Source: Saprolegnia diclina VS20 (lineage: Eukaryota). From it: DNA of 56,308 nt. Where the stretch lies: NCBI RefSeq assembly GCF_000281045.1, contig NW_008246075.1, positions 102,210 to 158,517 of the forward strand, written 5' to 3'. Of the stretch, positions 47,034 through 56,308 are shown one piece after another (the stretch's first letter is position 1; each line of letters opens with the position of its first letter). The notes beneath the pieces are model-generated. The model had not been told where the DNA came from and made no database searches. It saw nothing but the letters and a program-made list of their open reading frames with translations. Made by a program: the position numbers and the translations under genes.

Positions 47034-49037
47034 CTACTCGATCTGAAGAAGCGCCACGTCCTGCGCCGGGCACGATAGATGAAGGCTCAGTATGCATTGC
47101 GCCGATGTCTGAAAGATAGCGTGACTGCAATCGGTCGCGCCAACGCCAAAGCTCTCGTAGCATTCGCTGAGCCCCTGGTACGTGAGTCCACGAGCGTCGG
47201 ACTCGAACTCGTTGACAATTGATGTAAACGAAGCTTCGCTCAAGGTAAGACCGTCTTCGTAGACCTAAGCAAGGTGCTCGATCAGCAAACATAGGAGGGA
47301 GGGGTGCAGGTCGGACTTGAAGGAAACGCCGCAAATCGTCGATACCGAGGCGGTCATCCATGTCTGTGTCCAGGACGCGGAAAAAGTGCCGTAGCGCCGC
47401 CTCACCTTCGAGCTTGTTTTCTGTGTCTCGTGGTGTTTCTTTCCAACGGCTCCAAGGCTTGACGGCAATGAGGTACTCGCCAGGAGCAAACTGCACAATC
47501 ATCTATCGCATACAGCTTCGTAACTCGACCATCAATGAGTGTTACGTGGGTACACTGCAGCTTGAGTGATCCAGAGTAGCTGACGCCGATGCAACTTCGT
47601 GAATTCGGCAATTGTCTTGGACCTCCAAGACTGCGATTCCGATGTTGTCCGCAGGAGCCTCCAAACATTGAAGGGCGATAAAGGCTACAACCGGCACGAC
47701 AACGCTCAGCGCGAACACCGCTTCCGAAGCTGCGGGGGCTGACTTGCTCGGGATGTAGAAGCGACGCCGTTGCACGGTACGACTTTCTGAAACATGTGGG
47801 ATATACCACAGCGTCGGGGTTTGTCCGGCAAACTCATCGTAGTGCACGCTACGAAAACTCAATATTGGTGCGGTGATAACAAGTTGGATCCAATTTTGCA
47901 CCTTAGCGTGGCACCATTCCGCAGGCCTTCGGGAAACACCGAATCAAGACGACGCGAGGCGTCCCGCAGTGTAACTCTCGACGCTTGGTCGTCCGCAGAG
48001 GACAACTCAACTGACACGATCGCTGCATCCACGGAAGCAACACTCACGCACACGAGATGATGTTTTGACATCGCAGCTTGCACGCGCCGCAACATTTCAA
48101 GCGTTGTCGTGTTGCAAAGGACCTCTTGCGAGAAAGCGAGCCTATTGACAGTGTGAGCTGAGAACTCCGTCCGTAGGAAAGGCTACCGGGGGTGGCCGCA
48201 GACGGCCTCCAGTATCGATGACGAGGACGCAGTCTGCAAAGCGCCAAAACCGGAAAACAACTTGGCCAAAGCTTTTTGCAGCACGAGTGGCCACAAAGCG
48301 TCATGGGTGCACTTGATAATGGCCGGGCCGCCGCCCGGTACGCAAGGAACGAAACCGTCGACGTCGACAAGAACGGGCTCGCCGCGGCGATAGAGCTGCA
48401 CGGAGAAGCGATCGTCACCATCTCGCGAGCTCATGGCTCTCTCGAGAAAGATTTGGCGCTCGCTCAAGATGGTCAGGGCCGATACCAGCCCCGTTGATGT
48501 GAGTGGAGCTTCCGGTGATAAGCCTAGTACGGTGCTGGCTCGGTCGATAAATGGGGTCAGTGGGTCGTAGAGCTGTGAAACGTGCTTCCAAGTGAACGCT
48601 TGTGCACCATATCCCAAGCTTGCTTCGGACGGCATGAACGTCGCATCGACATACGGCAGGCCTTGACGTTGAGTTGCATCGACGGACGAAGCCGCGTACA
48701 CATCCAACAGAAGTGTGGCTAGCGCCTTGTCTTCTTGCTCCTTGACAGCATGCATGTTGCTGTTGGCTTCACGCTTGTTGACCGAATGACGCAGCTTGAT
48801 CGCGCAGCGGGCTTGCTCGTCGAGGCGGCGCACGACAACGCGCACACGGTCGTACGGCCCCAGCTCCACCTGCAGCTCGAGGCAGGGCGATCGATATAGG
48901 GCAATGTTGCTCGAGCCCTCAAAGTCAAGTGTGACGCAGAAATGGTTTGCTGTAGCGTTGTCGACGATGTACGAGAGACTCCATGGTCCTGATGACCATC
49001 GCGGACGGCACGTCACGCCCTCCTCCAGTGTCAACAT
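47034..49037 (-). CDS. Calpain-like (CysPc-like, probably inactive) protein with C-terminal EF-hand, multi-exon
   Basis: YVDATFMPSEASLG, VLVDVDGFVP, LWPLVLQKALAKLFSGFGAL; domain III-like APGEYLIAV; EF-hand FFRVLDTDMDDRLGIDDLRRFL. The start may lie further upstream. Confidence 0.7.
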
Positions 49038-49369
49038 TCGAATTTAGCGATCCGGCACGTGATTGGTTGAAAGAGGCAGTGTTTGATTGGCAGGACCTCA
49101 AGTGTAACCCGACAGGCAACCCATGAGCGCCGCTTGCGATGGAAAGCACAACGCAAACTTCTCGACATTTCTAACACTCGAGCTACGTACTCGCCAAAAT
49201 GACAGTATCGGATCCCAGACCGCGACGCCGCGATGGATGAAAGTACAACGAGTGCCTTGGCGACATTCGTGTGTGAGCTCTGAAACTGATGGCACCTTTT
49301 TCCAGTCGTAACCACCAAGAAACCAAGGTCCAGAACGCCTGAGCAAGTGGCTTTTGACTCTAATCAAGG

Positions 49370-51671
49370 ATGCTTGCGGGACCCAAGGCAGAAGCCTCAC
49401 CCCACTCGATGCTTGCCGAAGCGAGCAAAGTACTCTCAACTGCCCCATTGCATCGTCGCAGCTTTGTCGTTCTGGCTCTGCTCGTGTACCTGACCATTAC
49501 ATTTGCGCAGCTCGTGAGCGAATGCTTTCGACGCATGGGCTCGCTCTTGTCCTTTGCGCAGCCAAAAGAGCTCGCGATCCTCTCGATCGTGCTGCAATCG
49601 CTCTCATCGCTCAACGTCTCGAGCGCCAACCTCAACGGCAACACACTAACGCCCGATGGGTCGCTCAACGTGAACTTTGGTTTGACTCTTGGACCTGACG
49701 TCGGTGGCGAGATCGGATTCTTTCCTCTCTATATTGAAGCGCTCGGTCAGAATGCTTACTCTGTTTTCTGGGGGACGACAGCAACACTCTGGAGCAGGCT
49801 TCCTGATGTTGCCTCTGCACTCGGCGGCGTCAATTTTGGCGGCGACTGGTGGGATGTACAGGCGGCTACGGTTGCTAGCACGTCGTACATATCGTTCACG
49901 GGAGTTCCGGCCAACATGACGCTTCTCACAGCATCGTACAGCGACCTCGTTGCACTGCTACGTTTGAATGCATCGGGCCTCCTCTCGGAAGACAACGTTC
50001 GCGCGCTCCTCCCAAAATCTGCCGTCCCAAAGGTTTGTTATCTCCAAGCTCCTTCGGTGTGTTTGAAAGCTCAATGCGATTTTCGTATAGGTGGCTGAAG
50101 CGGGTAAAATCGTATTCAAGTCGTACTCGACCGATCCCCAGCTCCTCACATACTTCAATTTGGTGTTTCCGGACGCGTCCTGGTTGTCTGGTCTCGGCGC
50201 GAGTGACATTGCAGTGTCATCTTCCCAAACAAAATGCCAGCTACGCCAGTTTCCGTCGCTCAAAAAGCTGCGCAGCCCAGCTGCGTTCAACCGATTTGCA
50301 GACCAAGGTTGCTGGGTAAACGCTTCGATTCTGCCAAGCGCGCCGTACGCCTCTTACGTCGTAAATGCAACCGACATGGGAGAATGGGTCGTTGAGTGCG
50401 TAACTCCGGAAGTGACTGCAATGTGCTCCAATATGCGCTGGCACGCCCGAATGTACGACCGCGTGGCCTCGACAATGTACTTCACTAAAATCGCGCTCTC
50501 GGGTCCGAGGCATCTCGTGATATCACAGAGTCTCTTGCTACGCCTTGTCGCTGGTAACACCTCAGAGTCATCGATTGGTGTTCTCTCAGCGAACGTGTTG
50601 AGCAGTCCACTCGTCGGAGACGGCACATACTCACCAGGGCCTCTCGCCGTGTATCTTGTTGATACTGACACTCTAAAGACGAGCGTGCGTTGGCCGTATC
50701 TCGCCCTATGGGTACTGTGCCTCCTAGTGTGCCGCTCAACATATACAGGAATCTGCACACTCTTGCATTTTCTGCTCGAGTCGCCACTTGCCATTTTTCT
50801 TGATTGTATCTACGCGCTTGCTCTCTTTTGCAACGGGCCGCGCTTAGTCTCAATGCTGCTGACGCTGCAAGGTCTTTCGGTGCAAAGCTATCTCCGAGCG
50901 TGGATACTCGCTCTCATGACGATGCGACCGTTTACGACATTGTATTTGATTGCTGCTAAGCAAATCGCGCTTCTCTTGATCGATCGACAGCTCGTGCTCC
51001 AGCACATGACCATCGTCGAGTGCTCAGTTCTGATGCTGCTCGGCGTTATTCTCATCCAATGTAGTGCGCCGTCCGTCGTTGACGTCGGCATGCACGCTGG
51101 CACGACGCTCGATCAAGTTATTTCATTCGTTTACACGACGCAAGTTGCGTTCTGCGGCATCGCGATCGCATTTTTGCTTTTCTTGTGTCTCGCTGCGACA
51201 TTCCTGATCCACAAATCACGACGCAGTACTGTTGCGCCTGGTTCCACACATCGGGCGCGGGACCTCACGTCGTACGATATCTACCTCGCTGACAAGTGGC
51301 TTTCATTTGGCGTGACGTTGCTCCGACGCTGCAGTGTACGCAAGATGCCGTGCGTCATGATTGATGGGGCGTCGCTATGGCTGGAGGCTTTTTGCAACTG
51401 GAATGTGAACCTCTTGACAAACTACGCGCCGTGCTTATCACTCGGATGTGTCCTCTACATGGACAGAACAGGACGCCTTTTCGTGTCCGACTGGCGCTAC
51501 CACGTCGAGACGACACTTGTCGGGGACGTTCTGATTGGCGGCACGGCCGACCACGTGCGCTCAGTACCCGTTGCACCCAACGTCCTTTTTCAGCGGTCGA
51601 GCGACCCTTCGCTGCAGAAAGCCTTTGATAACGCCAAGCACCATGGTATCCCTCATCGAGCGCAAGGTTAG
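49370..51671 (+). CDS. Hypothetical multi-pass membrane protein (N-terminal TM, large extracellular region, C-terminal TM bundle)
   Basis: ORFs 49370-50098 and 50091-51671 can be joined by an intron at ~50033-50090. Several hydrophobic segments are present. No family recognised. Confidence 0.65.
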
Positions 51672-51722
51672 TGCTTCCACCACCAAGTTAAACACGTTGA
51701 AGTAAATTGTCAGCTGTACAAG

Positions 51723-54167
51723 TTACTCGTGGAAGCAGTCACTTGGGGTGGTAGTGGAAACCGGAGGCACGAGTGCATTGGCCGTGGAGACTGCAAACAA
51801 GATACGAGCGGTAGCTTCTGGCCACGGTCGTTTTGCCTTCCATGGTCCAAGCTCGTGTACATGAGCATTTGCGAGAGGCGACAAAGCTGTTACGAAGCGG
51901 GCATCATCCACCGAGAGCGGATACCGGCCGATCACAGCAACATACTTGCCTCCGGGCAAGAACATCTTGATATACGGATCACGGCTGCTGATTGCAAGGC
52001 CTGCGTCGCGGTCCACGACGGGTGCGTCGTCCACGGCCAGAATCAAAAATCTCTTGTCAAGCAGCTGTAAGTTGTTGGCAGTCGTGTCTTGAAAGATGTA
52101 CAGAACCGTGTCGACGTATGCCGGATCACATTGGCCGTCATGAAGAAGGCTTCCGTTGTCCCACTCGAAGTACGACACCACGTCGATGCTCAAAAGCGTT
52201 CCACGCAACAACTCAAATGGTACGTGGATGGTTGTCGCTATCGAACCATTGTCGACCGTTGCCACAGTACCGTAGACGGCGCTATTGATGTACAGCGGTG
52301 AAGTGCGGTGATACGAACACATTGTGAGTGGCGCTGGTGCTGAATGCGGCACGGCGTTACAGCTGCTGCCGATGCTCGTGTTGGGACCTGAGACTTGGTT
52401 GAGAGAGTCATTGCCGCCCGTGATGGCGATATCGAGAGCGTAGTTTCCCACGTCTGCATGTGGTGCACCGCAGTGCAGCAATGTCCCGCCCGAGTATACA
52501 GGTGGTGTCGCAGTCGATGAAAACGCGCCAGTTGCTGCAGAGAGTGCATCGAGGGATGTCATCGACGATGTTCCAACGACCACGGCGTAGGTTCCGGTGC
52601 TGACGGCAAAGTTGAGATACGGATCGTACGACGTCAAGTCGAAGCCGTCTGGCGTAGCAATGTACTGGTTGTCGTTGGACGCAATGATGGAGAGGTCCCC
52701 GCCGCCATCTTGGGCGATGAGATACACAACGGCGTCGAAGTATGACGCATCGCAAAGACCCAGAACGTCGCGCAGCGCATACGGTGGTGATAAATCTTGC
52801 TGATACGAAGTCACGCGCAACTCCAGCACTTGATTTGAAGCTTCGATTTGCAGTGCATAGACGTCCATTGTCACGCCAAGCGCTCGGTAAAACAAGCTCC
52901 CGAACAGCGTCGCAACTGAGATTGGATCGTTCGCTTGCGGTGACGTCGATGCTACTGCGCACGCTGGAAGCTTCTCTTGCTGTACCAAGTCGGCAACAAT
53001 AAGTGGAGCAGGGATTCCGCCGTTGATGCTGCTGCTACATGTACCTAACCGAAAGCGTCGTGAGATACCACAGTACTAGTATAACGCAAGATGCGTACCA
53101 CCACACGCGTGCATGCCGACGACCACATTGCTGTAAGCAATGATTGGAGACCCCGATGACCCTGGCGCAGTTGGAACCATGTACCCCAAGAGGTTGTTCA
53201 TGCCGCAATTGGCATACGAGCTTGTGAGTACTTGACCGTTGCCCGTCGACGGCGTCTTGATCCCGACAAGCATGCCTTGGCCAAACGGGTGCTGTGGTAT
53301 GTAAATTGGCGGGCCACCAACGCTAGTAAAGTTTTGAAGCCTGAGGTAGTTGCCTTTGGCGATCGAGACGTTGAGTTGAACAAGCGCATAGTCGAGGCTC
53401 TGCGACGATGCGACGAGTTCGCCACCGTACACAATACTCGTACCAGGGCACGCTCCGGCTGTACTGCAAACGTTCTTATCGCACACGGGGCTGTAAGCGT
53501 GGAAGTCAAACGTCGTCATGGTCGCTTGGGCTTGACTGGAAATGCAATGATAGTTGGTGAGCACGTGATTCTGGCACCCGACGAGCCAGCCTGTGCACCA
53601 CTTCACGCCTGCGGCATCGTTGACCAAAAGCCGCGCGACAGCCTGGGACCCCCGGAAAAACGGCTCTCTTGGTGAGTTTCTGCAAGGCGGTGGAAATGCC
53701 GTACTTGTTGGAGAGCAGTCTCCTTCTGGTGAGTCTGGAGTGCCAGAGTATCGGTAAGCATCGACGCTAATGCTCCACTGAGTTGACGTGTTGGACTCGC
53801 CCATTGAGTAGACTTCGAGACGCATGCGGTTGCTGAAGATTGGGACCGAAAAGAATGGCACCGTCGAGACGTCGACCATTGCGTACGAGTAAACTTGAGC
53901 AACGGAGCCGTTCATGGCGCGCAGCACCACATAGTCGGAACTTGGAATGCTGAAAGCAGTGAATCGCAGCGAAAGAAACTCGGCCCCAGCGTCGTCCACG
54001 GATGCATTGTAGACAAGAACTGGCGACGTAGTCCTTTGGTACATATAGGCACCGACGTCGACGCCAATGTCGATGGGCTTGGTTGCATTGTTGGCGTCAT
54101 CAACGAACGCAGCGGTGGCTGTAGCTGTCGTGAATAGAACGAACACGGCGACAAGTGTTGCAAGCAT
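51723..54167 (-). CDS. Secreted trypsin-like (S1) serine protease fused to two PPC/DVUA0089-like beta domains
   Basis: Signal peptide MLATLVAVFVLFTTATATAA; triad motifs LTNYHCI, DYALVQL, TAPGSSGSPI. Intron 53045-53098 joins in frame to the 51723-52988 ORF with repeats D(A/T)V(V/L)Y...ND/DD...DPY(L/I)...G.Y.VV.G. Confidence 0.85.
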
Positions 54168-54327
54168 GGTAAGCTCGACTCGCCCCTCGCCTGTGATGCT
54201 GCAGTGGTTTCAGGCGATGCGTTGCTGGAAGGACGTAACGAACGACCCAGAAACGCAACGCTCAAACATCAATATTGGCTCAGAGTTGTATTATACGTGA
54301 AAACGGGAAAAGTTGGACAAATCCAGC

Positions 54328-55365
54328 TCAAAGTTGTCCGAGTCCTAATGTCCATCTAGGCTTGTCAGAAGATTGATTGCCCACCTGAAGCAGTGGCGGA
54401 ATAAGTGGGCATGAGTTTGGCGGATCGATATCTGCTATCGAAATTTGTGTCTCCTTATCGATGCTCGGCTGCAAATATGTTGTTGTGTTGACGCCCTGGT
54501 CGTGGCGCTCAACAGCAATTTGCTCTAATTCAGGTTTTGAACATAGGTTGAGTGTCGCACTTACCAGTACCCGAGGCATCCCGAGTGGCAACCATTTTAG
54601 CTGGTAACTTCACTTCGCTGTACGCGCGTTGAACAACACGGACTCGCCCAGAGGCATCTATATATTCAAGAAATTTCTTCTGCACCCGATGAAGAAAATT
54701 TGCGTACCTGAAAGGACGCAAAGCTCGTGATTCCCAAGCAGGACGTCCGCCATTAAATATTGCGGTGAATGCGGCTCGGGTGTCGATGGTTTCAAGTCGA
54801 CTTGTACTTGTACGTCCCGGTGACTCACGTTTTCGGTGGTTTGCGTTCCTGTTGTTGCTAATGATGGACTTGCCAGGGAGGGCGCGACGTCTTCATCGCT
54901 TGTGCAATCGTCGTCTCGGGAAATATCGGATGAAATTTCGTAAGAGGAGCCTCTCGAGGGACAATACGACGTTCGCTCACTTGCACTGGCCAAATGAAGT
55001 CGAAAATGTGCTTCCCGCTCAACCCTCGCCGCCTGTGATATGCGAACGTGTTGCACAGTCGAAATTAATGGAGAACGGACGTACTTGAAAGTGAGCCAAA
55101 CTTGATTCATGGCATACTGTTTTCACCAGTGATTCCGGCACTGCCGCGGGTTCATGCGCTACCGGAAGTACTGCGCGTGCGCCCTGTTTGCTAGTGCACG
55201 CCATCAATTGCGCACTCGTCCGTTGCATACGCACCTGTGCATGACTGCTATGATGTGGTGAGCCAAGCTCTCTTCCGACAGCCATCCACGACCCGCGGCA
55301 TGGTCGAAACTGGCCAAGATCGATGACGCCAGTGCCCGAACTTCTTCGTCACCAGCGCACGCCAT
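54328..55365 (-). CDS. Hypothetical protein, multi-exon (possible degenerate EF-hand at the N-terminus)
   Basis: ATG 55365 MACAGDEEVRALASSILASFDHAAGRGWLSEESL, followed by a GT donor and further minus-strand exon-like ORFs. The structure is uncertain. Confidence 0.4.
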
Positions 55366-55472
55366 GTCGACGTCTAAAGATCCACAGGCATCGGCACAAT
55401 ACATACGTACTGTACGTACGTGCGACTTGAAATCGATGTACGGGTCCCGTACATTCGACGTTTCCGAGCGCC

Positions 55473-56158
55473 ATGCTGGAGCCTTGCTGGGTGAACGAAG
55501 AGGAGTTCGTGCTTGCACTGGTCCACACGGGGCTCCTATCCGAGGATACAGGCCCACTCGTCAAGAACGTTGATCTGCATGCGTGGCTCGAGCATCTCTG
55601 CGCCTCTGACGAGGACGTGAAGCGCATTATCGATTCCCTATCTGCACAGGGCTGGTTGCAACCTTCGTCCGTCTCAACACAGTCCGCCACCGAGGTGCAA
55701 ATCCGACGTTGACACGTAGTATGTCAGCTATTGTGTATAGGAGAGGTCGTACCTTATTCGTATGTCGCCTTCAGAAGCCTCAACTCGGCATGTGCACCAC
55801 GGGCCGTCGCCCGACTCAGCGATAGCGCCCGAGGCAGGACAGCAACGTAGCTACGACTACATATTTTGGCTCATACGCTTGCAACCCATAGGTCAAAAAG
55901 AAGGCGTTTCGCACGTGCTTCCCCACGGTGTCGGTCAAGGCCGAGAAAATGTATCTCAAGCTCACGGACCCTCACGTTCTTGTGTATGCAACCTTGGGCC
56001 TGAACCTCGTAAACCGCGGCGATTGTTCGGTGCCTGCGTACTCGCGTGAGATGAAGATTATGGGGGTCGACGCTCAAACCAGGACAATTGTCGCAAATTT
56101 ACTCGCCAAAGCGTTTGCGGCCCATGACAAGGCGCAACTCCACCAGCGCTCGAGCTGA
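55473..56158 (+). CDS. Hypothetical protein, multi-exon
   Basis: MLEPCWVNEEEFVLALVHTGLL... and ...EKMYLKLTDPHVLVYATLGLNL...AHDKAQLHQRSS* are separated by short GT-AG introns. Confidence 0.45.
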
Positions 56159-56308
56159 CATGAATGTGATTTGCAACCTGCTTGCCTTTGAACGGCCCCG
56201 TTTCTCGATGTGGCGTCGAAACAAGGGTGCATTCTGGTTCATGGTCGAATGAATGAATATCCAGGCACGAATTTTTCTTTTAGAGTCTTTGGGGCCGTTG
56301 AACCATAC

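Overview
Gene-dense, GC-rich eukaryotic genomic DNA with many short (about 40-60 nt) GT-AG introns and very short intergenic regions. Gene content and style suggest a zoosporic oomycete (Saprolegniales-like; this is inference). About 24 protein-coding genes are present: a 2OG-Fe(II) oxygenase, a ~13 kb VPS13-family gene with C2 inserts, PPIL6-like cyclophilin, EYA phosphatase, RPT4/PSMC6, a full ABCA transporter, a DUF1399/GRDP protein, cis-prenyltransferase, a BTB/KCTD protein, an SDR, a VHS-GAT protein, MORN5, a class B acid phosphatase, frataxin, SNF5-like, a MULE/FAR1-type Zn-finger + AT-hook protein, DTD1, a pseudo-calpain, a membrane protein, a secreted S1 protease with PPC-like repeats, and hypotheticals. 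The most notable non-coding signal is the AT-rich, apparently gene-free stretch at ~33.7-34.65 kb. On the minus strand it holds a tightly packed cluster of at least five box C/D snoRNA-like genes plus weaker candidates. Their guides match 18S rRNA sites equivalent to yeast U1262, U1269, G1271, G1428 and A541. A 620-bp PIF/Harbinger-type MITE (perfect 19-bp TIRs, TAA TSD) lies at 59-678, and there is a 100-N assembly gap at 802-901. Exon boundaries were read by eye and are approximate. rRNA target sequences are recalled from conserved eukaryotic 18S and were not searched.
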